32,000 nucleotides of DNA, taken from assembly GCF_000011805.1 (NCBI RefSeq), contig NC_006840.2. The stretch is one strand, 5' to 3'. The stretch is from Aliivibrio fischeri ES114. Lineage in GTDB: Bacteria; Pseudomonadota; Gammaproteobacteria; Enterobacterales; Vibrionaceae. Within the stretch, counting starts at the first letter, position 1. Each line of letters begins with the position of its first letter. Shown here piece after piece: positions 1 to 12,598 of the stretch. Under the pieces are notes generated by a model. The model was not told where the DNA came from, did not search any database, and saw only the letters and a list, made by a program, of their open reading frames with translations. Position numbers and translations under genes: made by a program.

Positions 1-134
1 TGAATGGACTCTACAAACTGCGTGAGTAAATCAATAGGTAAATTATCAACACAATAATAACCAAGATCTTCTAATACACGTAAAGCGACAGATTTACCTG
101 CACCAGAGCTTCCGCTAACTACCATGAGTTTCAT
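1..134 (-). CDS. rapZ: RNase adapter protein RapZ, N-terminal part only (truncated by window start)
   Basis: Minus-strand translation from ATG at 134..132 reads [15 protein letters not shown]..., a Walker-A P-loop start typical of RapZ/YvcJ, adjacent to ptsN as in the conserved rpoN operon. Confidence 0.85.
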   Translation of the reverse strand, partial: MKLMVVSGSSGAGKSVALRVLEDLGYYCVDNLPIDLLTQFVESI

Positions 135-157
135 TATTATGACCTTAAAAAAGATGG

Positions 158-601
158 TTAAGATGTGATGATTTGATAAAGCTCGTCATCATTTTCCGCA
201 TGGCGCAGCTGACGTAATACTTGTTTATCATTGAGTTTTTCAGCAACACTAGAAAGTGTTTTTAGATGAAGCTTACATTGTTCATCGGGAACGAGAAGTG
301 CAAAAAGAATATCAACAGGACGATTATCAATAGCATCAAATTCGATGGGTTCTTGGCATTGGATAAGTACAGCTACGGCATTATCACAATTGAACATTCG
401 GCCATGGGGGATAGCTATCCCATTACCTATACCAGTACTTCCCATTTTTTCTCGGTTTAATAAGCTTTCAAAAAGTTCTTGAGGGCTTTGACCAATTCGA
501 GGTGCGGCAATTTCACTAATAAGTTCTAATGCGCGCTTTTTGCTTGTGCATTGGACTGCACTTTTCGTGCAATCCAATGAAAGAATGGTGCTTAACTGCA
601 T
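158..601 (-). CDS. ptsN: PTS IIA-like nitrogen regulatory protein PtsN
   Basis: 147-aa ORF with the IIA-Ntr motif [12 protein letters not shown]; rpoN operon context. Confidence 0.95.
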   Translation of the reverse strand: MQLSTILSLDCTKSAVQCTSKKRALELISEIAAPRIGQSPQELFESLLNREKMGSTGIGNGIAIPHGRMFNCDNAVAVLIQCQEPIEFDAIDNRPVDILFALLVPDEQCKLHLKTLSSVAEKLNDKQVLRQLRHAENDDELYQIITS

Positions 602-602
602 G

Positions 603-890
603 TTAATGACTACTTAGTTTTTCTTTATGTTTATTGAGTTGGCGGATCAATTTATCAACCAAACCATCAATAGCTGCATACATATCTTCTGAGTCAGAAT
701 GAGCGTGTATGTCACCTTGATTTACGTGAAGTGTTGCTTCTGCTACATGTTGTACTTTTTCTAATTTTAATACAACATGTACATTATTAATGTGTTCAAA
801 AAAACGCTCTAATTTTTGGAATTTGGTATTCACATACTCACGAAGGCTATCGGTTAGTTCGACGTTTTGACCTGCGATGTTTATTTGCAT
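603..890 (-). CDS. hpf: Ribosome hibernation promoting factor
   Basis: 95-aa ORF MQINIAGQNVELTDSLREYVNTKFQKLERFF..., typical short HPF located between rpoN and ptsN. Confidence 0.95.
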   Translation of the reverse strand: MQINIAGQNVELTDSLREYVNTKFQKLERFFEHINNVHVVLKLEKVQHVAEATLHVNQGDIHAHSDSEDMYAAIDGLVDKLIRQLNKHKEKLSSH

Positions 891-909
891 AACACTTCCT
901 TTTCATTAA

Positions 910-2379
910 TTAAAGTAAACGCTTACGCTGATTTGATGGTGCGATACCAAGTGATTCACGATATTTAGCAATGGTACGGCGTGCTACTTGGATTCCTTGT
1001 TCAGCCAGTAAGGTTGCAATTTTACTATCACTTAACGGCTTAGCTTGATTCTCAGCCGCAACCAATTTTTTCACTAGTGCTCGGATTGCTGTAGATGAGC
1101 ATTCACCACCATTATCCGTACTAACATGACTAGAGAAGAAATATTTCAATTCAAAAATACCTCGAGGGGTATGCATGAACTTCTGTGTTGTTACTCGTGA
1201 TATGGTGGATTCGTGCATATCGACATCTAATGCGATGTCATTTAAAACCATAGGTTTCATTGCTTCTTCACCATATTCGAAGAAATCTTGTTGATGTTCA
1301 ACTATACAACGTGCAACTTTGAGCAGCGTCTCGTTTCTGCTCTCTAGGCTCTTAATTAACCACTTTGCCTCTTGCAAATTGGTTCGAATGAATTGCCCAT
1401 CCGGAGTGTTGCCCATTGTCTTACCAAGAGCCGCATATTCCGCATTTACTTTTAAGCGAGGAACACTGTCAGGGTTAATGGTTACAACCCATTTTCCATT
1501 GTGTTTGAATACAGAAACATCAGGAATAACGTACTCAGTTTCAGTATCGATAACACGATTACCTGGGCGAGGATCTAACTCGTGAATAAGCATCATGACT
1601 TGCTTTAAGTCACTTTCTTTAAGCTTAGTCTCTTTTGCTAGTTGTCGGTAGTCTCGATTTCCTAATAAATTAATATGATCTTTTAAAATCAGCTTAGTTT
1701 CAGGTAACCAAGGGGTATTAGCAGGGTAAGTTGCAAGTTGAAGTAATAGACACTCTGCCAAATCACGAGAAGCAACACCTAATGGATCAAATTGTTGAAT
1801 GCGTTTTAAAACCGCTTCAACTTCATCCATTTCAACCTCTTCATCTCCAATACTTTCTAAAATATCGTCAAGAGAACTAGTCAGGTAACCGTATTCATCT
1901 AATGACTCGATAATCGTGGTTGCGATTGTTCGATCAAGATCGGTAAATGGGGTTAAGTCAGCTTGCCACATCAGATAATCTTGCAAGCTTTCTGTGGTTT
2001 CACCTTGATAAATAGGGGTATCGTCATCAATGGCTAATCCAGTGCTTCCACTGTTTGCGCTATAAACATCATCCCAACTAGCATCCATTTCAAGTTCTTC
2101 TGAAATGTTATTACTTTCGATGACATCACTACTATCTGTGATTGGTGTTTCTTGCTCTGCTGATGCGGTTTCTTTTTCTGATTTAGGCTCAGGAGAGGTA
2201 AGAGTTTCAGGTGTGCTTAATGCTTCCTCTTCTACATCTAGAAGTGGATTTGAGTCGAGCGCTTCTTGAATCTCTTGCTGTAGGTCAAGGGTCGATAATT
2301 GCAATAATCGAATAGCTTGCTGCAACTGAGGCGTCATAGCAAGTTGTTGTCCCATTTTTAGCTGAAGAGATGCTTTCAT
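910..2379 (-). CDS. rpoN: RNA polymerase sigma-54 factor
   Basis: 489-aa ORF; N-terminal [27 protein letters not shown] and C-terminal RpoN box [14 protein letters not shown]. Confidence 0.98.
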   Translation of the reverse strand: MKASLQLKMGQQLAMTPQLQQAIRLLQLSTLDLQQEIQEALDSNPLLDVEEEALSTPETLTSPEPKSEKETASAEQETPITDSSDVIESNNISEELEMDASWDDVYSANSGSTGLAIDDDTPIYQGETTESLQDYLMWQADLTPFTDLDRTIATTIIESLDEYGYLTSSLDDILESIGDEEVEMDEVEAVLKRIQQFDPLGVASRDLAECLLLQLATYPANTPWLPETKLILKDHINLLGNRDYRQLAKETKLKESDLKQVMMLIHELDPRPGNRVIDTETEYVIPDVSVFKHNGKWVVTINPDSVPRLKVNAEYAALGKTMGNTPDGQFIRTNLQEAKWLIKSLESRNETLLKVARCIVEHQQDFFEYGEEAMKPMVLNDIALDVDMHESTISRVTTQKFMHTPRGIFELKYFFSSHVSTDNGGECSSTAIRALVKKLVAAENQAKPLSDSKIATLLAEQGIQVARRTIAKYRESLGIAPSNQRKRLL

Positions 2380-2402
2380 TATTTAGCGATACCTTTTGTA
2401 CA

Positions 2403-3128
2403 TTACAACTTAAATTGATCACCAAGATAAACACGTTTTACGTGTTCATCATTTAATACGTGTTCAGGTGTGCCATTTGCAATCATGTGACCTTGACTTA
2501 CGATGTAAGCGTGCTCACATACATCAAGCGTTTCGCGAACATTGTGGTCAGTGATTAATACGCCTAAACCACGATCTCTTAGATGTTGGATGATCTTTTT
2601 GATATCAATAACAGAGATAGGGTCAACACCCGCAAATGGTTCATCCAATAAAATGAATTTAGGATTTGCTGCGAGTGCGCGTGCGATTTCAACACGACGA
2701 CGTTCACCACCAGATAGCGCCATACCATTACTATTACGGATGTGCTGGATATTGAACTCATCTAATAGTTCTTCAAGTTTATCAAGACGTTCAGCTTTAT
2801 TTAGATCTTTACGCGTTTGTAAAACGGCCATGATATTGTCAAATACCGACAATTTTCTAAAAATAGAAGCTTCTTGAGGTAGATAGCCTATCCCCATTTT
2901 TGAGCGGTTATGCATTGGTTGCAATGAAATGTCGACACCATCAATAGTAATCGAACCTTCATCACGAGCGACTAAGCCTACAATCATATAGAAAGAGGTC
3001 GTTTTACCTGCACCATTAGGCCCTAGTAAACCAACAATTTTTCCAGATTCAACGGTAAGACTTACATCGGAAACTACTTTTCGACTTCCGTATGTTTTTG
3101 CTAAATTCTTTGCTTCTAATATGGCCAT
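2403..3128 (-). CDS. lptB: LPS export ABC transporter ATP-binding protein LptB
   Basis: 241-aa ABC ATPase with GPNGAGKTT Walker A and LSGGERRR signature, upstream of rpoN. Confidence 0.97.
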   Translation of the reverse strand: MAILEAKNLAKTYGSRKVVSDVSLTVESGKIVGLLGPNGAGKTTSFYMIVGLVARDEGSITIDGVDISLQPMHNRSKMGIGYLPQEASIFRKLSVFDNIMAVLQTRKDLNKAERLDKLEELLDEFNIQHIRNSNGMALSGGERRRVEIARALAANPKFILLDEPFAGVDPISVIDIKKIIQHLRDRGLGVLITDHNVRETLDVCEHAYIVSQGHMIANGTPEHVLNDEHVKRVYLGDQFKL

Positions 3129-3130
3129 AA

Positions 3131-3643
3131 TTATTTATTATTCAATTGGCTAGGCTGAAGGATGGTTGTTACGCGATCGTCTTTACCACCATCAGCAATC
3201 AGTTTTTGAGTCTTCATATTATAGGTAATTACTTTACCTTTTATGATGCTGTCATCTTGGGTTAACTCTGCGCTATCTGTCATTTTTAGAAATTCGTTTT
3301 CTAGCTCATAACGCAATTTGTTTGCTTTACCCTTTAGTGTTTTGCCATCATCCGTTAATTGGCTAAAGCGAGTTGGTTTTCCATATGCTTCTAACACTTC
3401 TCGTCCTTCTTTACCTTGAGGACGAATTACCACAATTTTATCTGCAAAAATTTCGATGCTGCCTTGTTTTAGTGTCACGTTACCTGTGAAGGTTACTTGA
3501 TTACTTTGCATATCAAAATTCTGTGAATTTGAATTAATGTGGATCGGTTGTTCTGTATCGCTACTCAATGCCCAGCTTGAAGCGCTAAAAAGTAGACTTG
3601 CAAGTAGACTAACGTGTGAAAGCTTCATAGATACCTTGTACAT
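3131..3643 (-). CDS. lptA: Lipopolysaccharide transport periplasmic protein LptA; start possibly at 3628 (MKLSHVS)
   Basis: Signal peptide plus OstA-like domain ([29 protein letters not shown]); synteny with lptB/lptC. Confidence 0.93.
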   Translation of the reverse strand: MYKVSMKLSHVSLLASLLFSASSWALSSDTEQPIHINSNSQNFDMQSNQVTFTGNVTLKQGSIEIFADKIVVIRPQGKEGREVLEAYGKPTRFSQLTDDGKTLKGKANKLRYELENEFLKMTDSAELTQDDSIIKGKVITYNMKTQKLIADGGKDDRVTTILQPSQLNNK

Positions 3644-4172
3644 TTTCTAATAGGGTTGCTTCTTGGCTTGTGAAGTTACCTTTCATTCCTACTCCTGTTG
3701 TTTCAAAAGTAGGGCCAATGAGATTAACAACATCCTCTGTCATAAAGTCTTTTGTCGTTAGCTCGATCTTCATACTGTCTGTTGTCATTGTTTCAAATGC
3801 AGCGTCAGGCAGCAGGTTTTTAACAATGACGTTACCGCTTAAGTAAAGTTCGTGCTTTTTATTTAAAACGCCGAGATCGGAGATGATCTCCCATTCTTTT
3901 AATTCACCATCTTTGAATACAAAAAGGTGAGGTGTTGTGAAGTTCGTTTCACCAGTCTTACCAAATCGAGCTAATGCTTTTGCATTTATTTGATAGTTAC
4001 GAATACCACTTACATCGTAGTTATTATTCGTGATCCCTTTACCTGTAAAAACAGGGACTTGTTGATCTGGTGTTGTCTGTTGTTCACCTTTCACGTAGTC
4101 ATAATATAAGTTGTAGCCTGACCAGCTACAAATCATCAATAGAACGGCCATGAAAAGATGTTTTAAGCTCAT
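3609..4172 (-). CDS. lptC: LPS export inner membrane protein LptC
   Basis: 187-aa ORF with one N-terminal membrane segment, positioned between kdsC and lptA; its end overlaps the lptA start. Confidence 0.93.
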   Translation of the reverse strand: MSLKHLFMAVLLMICSWSGYNLYYDYVKGEQQTTPDQQVPVFTGKGITNNNYDVSGIRNYQINAKALARFGKTGETNFTTPHLFVFKDGELKEWEIISDLGVLNKKHELYLSGNVIVKNLLPDAAFETMTTDSMKIELTTKDFMTEDVVNLIGPTFETTGVGMKGNFTSQEATLLENVQGIYEAFTR

Positions 4173-4729
4173 ATGCTCAAACCTTTATGTTGCTCTAATT
4201 CACCTTTTGCTTCTAGGATCAGGTCGCTTACTTCACGAACAGCACCATGACCACCTTTTATGGTTGTTACATAGTTTGCACGTTGAACTAATAAAGGGTG
4301 TCCATCAGCAACACATACCTTTAATGCAACTTTTTCCATAACAGGCCAATCAATAAGGTCATCACCAATATAGCCAGTATGCTCTGGAGCTACATTGAGT
4401 TTAGTTAAAATATCTTGGTATGCTTGTAATTTGTTGTCTTGTCCTTGGTAGATCAATTTAATACCAAGGGCCGTCATTCGGTTTTCAACAATTTTTGAGC
4501 TGCGACCCGTAATAATCGCAATTTCAACCCCTGCTGACATGAGTGATTTCACACCGTAGCCATCACGAGTATGGAACGTTTTTAGTTCTTCGCCATCATT
4601 CCCCATATAAACAAGGCCATCAGAGAAGACGCCATCAACATCACAAATTAGAAGCTTGATTTCTTTTGCTATGTTAAAGATAGACTCTTCAACTTGGCCA
4701 TACAGAGTTGAAACTAATTTTGTTGTCAT
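4169..4729 (-). CDS. kdsC: 3-deoxy-D-manno-octulosonate 8-phosphate phosphatase KdsC
   Basis: HAD-family ORF: IKLLICDVDGVFSDG, IITGRSSKIVENRM, GDDLIDWPVM. Confidence 0.95.
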   Translation of the reverse strand: MTTKLVSTLYGQVEESIFNIAKEIKLLICDVDGVFSDGLVYMGNDGEELKTFHTRDGYGVKSLMSAGVEIAIITGRSSKIVENRMTALGIKLIYQGQDNKLQAYQDILTKLNVAPEHTGYIGDDLIDWPVMEKVALKVCVADGHPLLVQRANYVTTIKGGHGAVREVSDLILEAKGELEQHKGLSI

Positions 4730-5703
4730 TACATCACTCCCGCTTTTAATAAGTCATGCATATTCAATGCACCAACTAAACGATGAGTTTCATCACAAAG
4801 TAATAATCCATTTATTTTCTTATCTTGCATTAGGTTTAGACCTTCAACAGCAAGTAAGTTTGGATTAGCAACCGCTGGAGAGTGTGTCATTACTTCTCCA
4901 ATAGTTTGAGTATGGATATCGATCTTATTATCTAAAAGGCGACGTAAATCACCATCAGTGAAGATACCAATTACTTTTTGCTCGTTATCAACGATAGCTG
5001 TCATTCCTAACCCTTTTTCAGACACTTCTAAAAGTGCTGTTTTAATAAGAGCATCAGCCGTAACCATTGGTAATTCATCACCTGTATGCATGATGTCTGA
5101 TAATAAGAGTAGTAATTTACGACCTAAAGCGCCACCTGGATGTGATAAAGCAAAGTCATCAGCAGTAAAGCCTCTTGCTTGAAGAAGCGCAACAGCAAAA
5201 GCGTCTCCCATAGCAAGGGTTGCTGTTGTACTTGATGTTGGCGCTAAACCAAGAGGGCAAGCTTCTTGAGGAACCGTAATTTGAAGGTTCACATCAGCGA
5301 CTTTTGCCATGCTAGATTCCGGTTTACCTGTCATTGTAATTAAAGTGATACCTAAACGTTTAATTACTGGCAGTAAAGCAAGAATTTCAGACGCTTCACC
5401 TGAGTTAGAAATAGCAATAACAATATCGCCTTTTTCAATCATGCCTAAATCACCATGGCTTGCTTCGCCAGGGTGTACAAAGAAAGAGGGAGTGCCTGTA
5501 CTTGCTAAGGTAGCTGCAATCTTATTACCAATGTGACCTGATTTACCCATTCCCATAACAACGACTTTTTGCTTGCATTCAAGCATTAATTGACACGCTT
5601 TAGTGAAGTCATCGTTAATGTAATTGCTGAGTTGGGTAAGAGCATCGATTTCAATTTGAAGAACATTTTTTCCTGCTTTGCAGAAATCAAACTGAGTTGC
5701 CAT
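4729..5703 (-). CDS. kdsD: Arabinose-5-phosphate isomerase KdsD
   Basis: SIS domain (VVMGMGKSGHIGNKIAATLASTGTPSFFVHPGEASHGDLG) plus C-terminal CBS pair. Confidence 0.95.
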   Translation of the reverse strand: MATQFDFCKAGKNVLQIEIDALTQLSNYINDDFTKACQLMLECKQKVVVMGMGKSGHIGNKIAATLASTGTPSFFVHPGEASHGDLGMIEKGDIVIAISNSGEASEILALLPVIKRLGITLITMTGKPESSMAKVADVNLQITVPQEACPLGLAPTSSTTATLAMGDAFAVALLQARGFTADDFALSHPGGALGRKLLLLLSDIMHTGDELPMVTADALIKTALLEVSEKGLGMTAIVDNEQKVIGIFTDGDLRRLLDNKIDIHTQTIGEVMTHSPAVANPNLLAVEGLNLMQDKKINGLLLCDETHRLVGALNMHDLLKAGVM

Positions 5704-5888
5704 CGGTTACCACCTTGCTGTATTTGAGCGGAATTTATGATTTAGAGGAATAGCCTATACAAATATTATGCCATTTGCCAGAGCTAGTTCAATATTGAGT
5801 AGGTAAAAGAAGGTAAATTATCGGGATAAATACCCCATAAGTTCATGATTTTTATTGTTCATCAAACTTATGGGGTCCAAAAGAATGG

Positions 5889-6860
5889 TTAACCCATATT
5901 TAGAAATAAATAGCCTTGGTAGACACAGAAACACGTCACTAAAATACCGCCTTCTATGCGATTAATGCTGCGGCTTTTTCCTAATGCCATGATGAGTAAT
6001 AAGATGGATACACCTAGCATTACATAGAAATCACGGCCCATAAGATCAGGACTAATTTCTGATGGATTAATTAATGCTGGAATCCCCATTACGGCAAGAA
6101 TATTAAATACGTTTGAGCCAATGATATTACCTGCTGCCATATCATCTTCACCTTTAAGTACACCGGCAACAGAAGCCGCTAACTCAGGAAGACTCGTACC
6201 TAATGCAATGATCGTTAAGCCGATAACTAACTCACTCATACCAAAGTATTTAGCGATAACAACGGCATTATCAATCAGCATGTTTGCACCCACAGGAAGT
6301 AAGATAAGACCTACAACAACCCAGAAAAGTGCTTTACCGTTTGCCACGCCTTCAGGGATTTCAGATTCTTGTTCTTCAAGAAGAATATCCCCGTTTTGTT
6401 GTTCGTTTTTACTGATGTATAGCATTGCAATGATGAAGCAAGCAAAAAGGCCAATTAACAATAAACCTTCATAAAAGCCAAGGTAGTTATTAAACATAAT
6501 ACCACCAGCTAATAACGTAACCATCAGCATTAATGGTAGTTCGCGACGGATGATTGCTGAGCTGATTGCTAAAGGTTTAATTAAGGCGGTAATACCTAAA
6601 ATTAACGCGATGTTCGCAATGTTTGAACCAATAACGTTACCAACCGCAGTATCTGTTTTTCCATCTAAAGCAGCTGCAGCTGACACCATCATTTCTGGTG
6701 CAGATGAACCCATGGCTAAGATAGTCATACCAATTACAAGAGGGGAAATACCATAGTTTCTCGCTAAGGCAGCAGAACCAAATACCAGTTTATCGGCGCC
6801 CCAAACCAATAGAGATAGACCGACGATAAGAAGTAGAGTTGGCATGAGCAGCTCTGTCAT
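5889..6860 (-). CDS. Calcium/sodium antiporter, YrbG family
   Basis: 323-aa multi-TM protein with duplicated NCX alpha repeats: MAMGSSAPEMMVSAAAALDG...GNVIGSNIANI and IALGTSLPELAASVAG...GNIIGSNVFNI. Confidence 0.93.
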   Translation of the reverse strand: MTELLMPTLLLIVGLSLLVWGADKLVFGSAALARNYGISPLVIGMTILAMGSSAPEMMVSAAAALDGKTDTAVGNVIGSNIANIALILGITALIKPLAISSAIIRRELPLMLMVTLLAGGIMFNNYLGFYEGLLLIGLFACFIIAMLYISKNEQQNGDILLEEQESEIPEGVANGKALFWVVVGLILLPVGANMLIDNAVVIAKYFGMSELVIGLTIIALGTSLPELAASVAGVLKGEDDMAAGNIIGSNVFNILAVMGIPALINPSEISPDLMGRDFYVMLGVSILLLIMALGKSRSINRIEGGILVTCFCVYQGYLFLNMG

Positions 6861-7061
6861 TGTGTTAATTTCCTTTTGTAGAAAGATGTTTTTTAGTTTG
6901 AATCGCTAATTTTGACGTTTCTCTAACAAAAAAGAAAGAAAAAAGGAGCGCTTTACGTGGAACAGTCTCTAAAGATTATTAAAAAATATAAGTTAGACAG
7001 ATAAGTTCACGTATACTTATGATTATATTGTTAATGCATGATTTAAATGAGCAGTGAAGAT

Positions 7062-7868
7062 ATGGATACGCAGAACACACTGATTAAAATAGAGAATCTA
7101 ACCTTTAAACGTGGTGAGCGTATTATTTTTGATGATATTAGTTTGTCTGTTCCAAAAGGGAAGATAACGGCGATCATGGGGCCATCAGGAATTGGTAAAA
7201 CCACATTATTACGGTTAATTGGTGGGCAAATACTTCCTGAATCAGGAAATATCCATTTTGAAGAGTGGAATATCCCCAAGCTAGGGCGTAAAGCCCTGTA
7301 TTTAGCTCGTAAGAAAATGGGGATGTTATTTCAATCTGGCGCATTATTCACGGATATGAACGTATTCGATAATGTGGCTTTTCCTTTAAGAGAACATACT
7401 CAATTGCCTGAAAAACTGATCCGTACACTGGTTCTCTTAAAGCTTGAAGCTGTGGGACTACGTGGTGCAGCTCAGTTGATGCCAAGTGAACTCTCTGGTG
7501 GGATGGCAAGACGTGCTGCATTAGCTCGCGCAATCGCATTAGACCCTGACTTAATCATGTATGACGAACCTTTTGTCGGCCAAGACCCTATAACGATGGG
7601 AGTACTGGTTGATTTAATTCGTAATCTAAATGATGCGTTAGGATTAACCTCTGTTGTTGTTTCACATGATGTTCCTGAAGTGATGAGTATTGCAGATCAT
7701 GTCTATTTACTCGCTAATGGTAAAATTATTGCGCAAGGTTCACCACAAGAATTGGAGCAAAATCCCGATCCTCAAGTTCGACAATTTTTGGATGGTGAAT
7801 CAGATGGACCAGTACCATTTCGTTTTCCGGCTAACACATTAAATGAGGATCTTTTCTCTTATGAGTAA
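7062..7868 (+). CDS. mlaF: Phospholipid ABC transporter ATP-binding protein MlaF
   Basis: ABC ATPase [16 protein letters not shown] and [14 protein letters not shown], first of an mlaFEDCB array. ORF track starts at 7047; the internal ATG at 7062 fits homologs better. Confidence 0.94.
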   Translation: MDTQNTLIKIENLTFKRGERIIFDDISLSVPKGKITAIMGPSGIGKTTLLRLIGGQILPESGNIHFEEWNIPKLGRKALYLARKKMGMLFQSGALFTDMNVFDNVAFPLREHTQLPEKLIRTLVLLKLEAVGLRGAAQLMPSELSGGMARRAALARAIALDPDLIMYDEPFVGQDPITMGVLVDLIRNLNDALGLTSVVVSHDVPEVMSIADHVYLLANGKIIAQGSPQELEQNPDPQVRQFLDGESDGPVPFRFPANTLNEDLFSYE

Positions 7869-8655
7869 TTTTTCACTTGTCTCCTCAATAGAACAGATAG
7901 GACGACGAGCTTTATCGGTTTGTGAGGCCTTTGGTCGTGCAACCTTTATGTTGCTTGGCGCGATATTTGCGAAACCTCAACCAATAAAAATGTTTCCTTT
8001 GTTGCTAAAGCAACTCTATTCCGTAGGTGTTTTATCATTAGTGATTATTGTGGTTTCAGGGCTCTTTATTGGCATGGTAATCAGCTTGCAAGGTTATATT
8101 ATTTTAGTTGATTACGGGGCTGAAACCAGTTTAGGGCAGCTTGTTTCCTTATCATTACTTAGAGAGTTAGGGCCTGTGGTAACAGCGCTATTGTTTGCGG
8201 GACGCGCAGGCTCCGCATTAACCGCTGAAATTGGCTTAATGAAAACCACCGAACAAATTTCAAGTATGGAGATGATGGCTGTAGACCCGTTGCGTCAAAT
8301 TATCGCACCTCGTTTATGGGCAGGGATCATTTCGATGCCAGTTCTCGCTGTCATCTTTATGGCTGTGGGTATTTGGGGAGGACAAATTGTCGGAGTTGAA
8401 TGGAAAGGGATTGATTACGGTAGTTTTTGGTCGGTAATGCAATCATCGGTTGATGTGCGATATGACATTATAAATAGCTTAATTAAATGTGTGGTGTTTG
8501 CGTTTATTGTTACATGGATTGCTCTGTTTAATGGTTATGATGCAACGCCGACTTCTGAAGGTATTTCATTGGCAACGACACGTACAGTAGTGCACTCTTC
8601 GTTGGCGGTATTAGGTATTGATTTTGTGCTTACGGCACTGATGTTTGGGAACTAA
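7861..8655 (+). CDS. mlaE: Lipid asymmetry maintenance ABC transporter permease MlaE
   Basis: MlaE/YrbE permease motifs ([53 protein letters not shown]); start at ATG 7861 overlapping the mlaF end. Confidence 0.95.
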   Translation: MSNFSLVSSIEQIGRRALSVCEAFGRATFMLLGAIFAKPQPIKMFPLLLKQLYSVGVLSLVIIVVSGLFIGMVISLQGYIILVDYGAETSLGQLVSLSLLRELGPVVTALLFAGRAGSALTAEIGLMKTTEQISSMEMMAVDPLRQIIAPRLWAGIISMPVLAVIFMAVGIWGGQIVGVEWKGIDYGSFWSVMQSSVDVRYDIINSLIKCVVFAFIVTWIALFNGYDATPTSEGISLATTRTVVHSSLAVLGIDFVLTALMFGN

Positions 8656-8658
8656 ATT

Positions 8659-9153
8659 ATGCAACAGACACGTAAAGTAGAATTTTTTGTTGGCCTTTTT
8701 GTATTAGCAGGAATGGCCGCTCTACTGATGTTATTACTTAAGGTTGCGGATGTTCGCAGTGGTGGTAGTGGCGAGTATTACACCCTAAATGCTCAATTTG
8801 ATAACATCGGAAGTTTAAAATCACGCTCACCAGTAAAAGTAGGTGGTGTTGTTATTGGTCGTGTAGATAACATTACTCTTGATAAAGAGAGTTATTTACC
8901 TATCGTCAGTATGCAAATAGATAAGCAGTTTGGTTCGTTTCCTGAAACCTCTGCGGCTCAGATTTTAACGTCGGGTTTAATTGGCGAGCAATACATTGGG
9001 ATTGTTCCTGGTTTTATTGATGAAGATATTGATATGTTAGGTAATGGTGATTTTATTGAAGATACCAAATCGGCATTAGTATTAGAGGATATGATCGGGC
9101 AAGTGCTATACAGCATTGGTGGTGATTCGTCAGAAGCAAGTGAGGAAGAGTAA
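8659..9153 (+). CDS. mlaD: Outer membrane lipid asymmetry maintenance protein MlaD (MCE domain)
   Basis: N-terminal TM plus MCE domain (NAQFDNIGSLKSRSPVKVGGVVIGRV; LTSGLIGEQYIGI). Confidence 0.95.
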   Translation: MQQTRKVEFFVGLFVLAGMAALLMLLLKVADVRSGGSGEYYTLNAQFDNIGSLKSRSPVKVGGVVIGRVDNITLDKESYLPIVSMQIDKQFGSFPETSAAQILTSGLIGEQYIGIVPGFIDEDIDMLGNGDFIEDTKSALVLEDMIGQVLYSIGGDSSEASEEE

Positions 9154-9794
9154 TGAAACAGTGGATAAGTGCAGTTATAGTCGTAATTTGTTTTTTTTCA
9201 TCAGCGATTAATGCTCAAGAGATAGATAAAACAAAACCTTATGAAATGATGGCACAAGTATCTGAAATTACTTTTGCTCGATTAAAATCAGAGCAGAGTG
9301 CAATAAAAACGGATCCAAATATTTTAAAAACGGTCGTTGATGAAGAGTTAATGCCGTATGTAAATGTAAAATATGCAGCTTACAAATTATTAGGGACACA
9401 CTTAAAGAAAACTACACCAGAAGAGCGAGCAGAGTTTGTTACTGCTTTTCGTGATTATTTAGTTTCTTCTTATGCTCAAGTTTTAACACTATACACTGAT
9501 CAAAAAATCGTATTGGAAAAAGCGAAAAAAATACCGGAAGGAAAAAGAATCATCAGTGTTCGTGTTGATATCTTAGATTCAGCTCGTCCAACCGTAAAAG
9601 TTGATTTCAAACTACGTAAGAATAAAAAGACAGGGGAATGGCAGGCCTTTGATATGGTTGCTGAAGGAGTAAGTCTTCTTTCTACTAAGCAGTCTGAGTG
9701 GAATGGTAAAATACGTAAAGAAGGCATTAGCTCGGTAAGTGCTGAGTTACACTCTTTAGCTAAGCAACCGATTCGATTAGAAGGCAATAAATAA
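9153..9794 (+). CDS. mlaC: Phospholipid-binding periplasmic protein MlaC
   Basis: 213-aa signal-peptide protein in Mla operon order; VRVDILDSARPTVKVDFKLRKNKKTGEWQAFDMVAEGVSLL. Confidence 0.93.
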   Translation: MKQWISAVIVVICFFSSAINAQEIDKTKPYEMMAQVSEITFARLKSEQSAIKTDPNILKTVVDEELMPYVNVKYAAYKLLGTHLKKTTPEERAEFVTAFRDYLVSSYAQVLTLYTDQKIVLEKAKKIPEGKRIISVRVDILDSARPTVKVDFKLRKNKKTGEWQAFDMVAEGVSLLSTKQSEWNGKIRKEGISSVSAELHSLAKQPIRLEGNK

Positions 9795-10113
9795 TGCCTG
9801 TTATCGATTTATGTGTAACCAAAGTTGATGAAATAAGCTTCAAAGGTGCTCTTGATCGTGAGACTGTGCCTAATATTTGGAATAAATTGACAAAGTGGCA
9901 ACCTAATTTGAGTCAAGTAAAGGTAGACTTAGCTCACGTTAATCGCATTGACTCTGCAGGGCTTGTATTACTTTTACACCTAATAGAGCATGCAAAAAAT
10001 CAAAACTGTCATATAATGTTTACTTTCGTCCCAGATCAGCTCATTACTTTAATTCAATTAAGTAATGTGGAATCATTGTTTGCTGATCATATAAATAACG
10101 CAAAGGTAGAGTA

Positions 10114-10114
<1 letters not shown>
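9794..10114 (+). CDS. mlaB: STAS-domain protein MlaB
   Basis: 106-aa STAS-like ORF with [25 protein letters not shown] between mlaC and ibaG. Confidence 0.9.
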
Positions 10115-11651
<1,537 letters not shown>

Positions 11652-11693
11652 GTGTTGCGATATATACGCTTAATGTAAACGTATTAAAGTGGA

Positions 11694-11724
11694 AGCCGGG
11701 TATATTACTACCCGGTTTTTTATT
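11694..11724 (+). terminator. Rho-independent terminator downstream of murA
   Basis: GCCGGGT-ATATTACT-ACCCGGTTTTTT hairpin plus T run. Confidence 0.8.
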
Positions 11725-11765
11725 GGTTGGAAATAAAGCTAATTTGTTTATTAAAAACGATAATA

Positions 11766-12527
11766 ATGAAGAAGTTAGTGAGTTTAGGAGATACATTTAT
11801 GATCGCATTGTTACGCCTGATTGCGTTGGCTATCTTTGCTGTCTTTACTTTTGTGTTTGGTTGCGGTTATTGCTTATTAAGCCCTCGTAATCCAAAGCAC
11901 GTTTATACTTTTGGTCGCTTATTTGCTCGAATGTCACGTGTTTTTGGTATCAAACTAGAAATCCGTGTACCAGAGAGTGCAAAAAGTTCAGAGCCAAGTT
12001 TATACATTGCGAATCACCAAAATAACTGGGATCTTTTTACTGTTTCTGGTGCTATTCAGCCAAGAACCGTAACGGTTGGTAAGAAAAGCTTAGCTTGGAT
12101 GCCATTATTTGGTCAGCTGTACTGGATTACAGGGAATATTTTGATCGACCGTAACAATCGCAGTAAAGCGGTAGGTACGATTGCTCAAGTGGCAGAGAAT
12201 ATTAAAAAGCGCAATGTTTCTGTTTGGATGTTTCCTGAGGGAACACGTTCACGTGGACGTGGATTGTTACCATTTAAAACGGGCGCTTTTCATGCCGCTA
12301 TCGCAGCGGATGTGCCTGTAACTCCGATTGTGTGTAGTAATACTCAAGGCAACATCAAGTTAAATCGTTGGAATAATGGACATGTAATTGTTGAAATTTT
12401 GCCACCGATTAGCAGTGAAGGGTACGAAAAAGACAATGTGCGTGAATTAGCTAATTTGTGCCGTGAGCAGATGATTACTAAATTAGAAGAATTAAATAAA
12501 GAAGTTGCAGAACGCAACCAAGCGTAA
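11766..12527 (+). CDS. plsC: 1-acyl-sn-glycerol-3-phosphate acyltransferase
   Basis: NHQNNWD (HX4D) and FPEGTRSRGRGLLPFKTGAFHAA motifs. ORF track start 11727; the PlsC-like start is ATG 11766. Confidence 0.88.
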   Translation: MKKLVSLGDTFMIALLRLIALAIFAVFTFVFGCGYCLLSPRNPKHVYTFGRLFARMSRVFGIKLEIRVPESAKSSEPSLYIANHQNNWDLFTVSGAIQPRTVTVGKKSLAWMPLFGQLYWITGNILIDRNNRSKAVGTIAQVAENIKKRNVSVWMFPEGTRSRGRGLLPFKTGAFHAAIAADVPVTPIVCSNTQGNIKLNRWNNGHVIVEILPPISSEGYEKDNVRELANLCREQMITKLEELNKEVAERNQA

Positions 12528-12547
12528 TTAATCATCCTTAAATTTTA

Positions 12548-12593
12548 TCTAAGGCATACGGTCTTCTGTGTGCCTTTTTCTTTTTTAGATGTG
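12548..12593 (+). terminator. Likely intrinsic terminator downstream of plsC
   Basis: AAGGCATAC...GTGTGCCTTTTTC hairpin followed by a T-rich tract, just before idi. Confidence 0.6.
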
Positions 12594-12598
12594 TAGAC

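Noticed and set aside
2542-2877. Plus-strand ORF (111 aa) opposite lptB and the overlapping minus-strand 60-aa frame
   Set aside because: Both fall inside lptB, whose ABC motifs are unambiguous.
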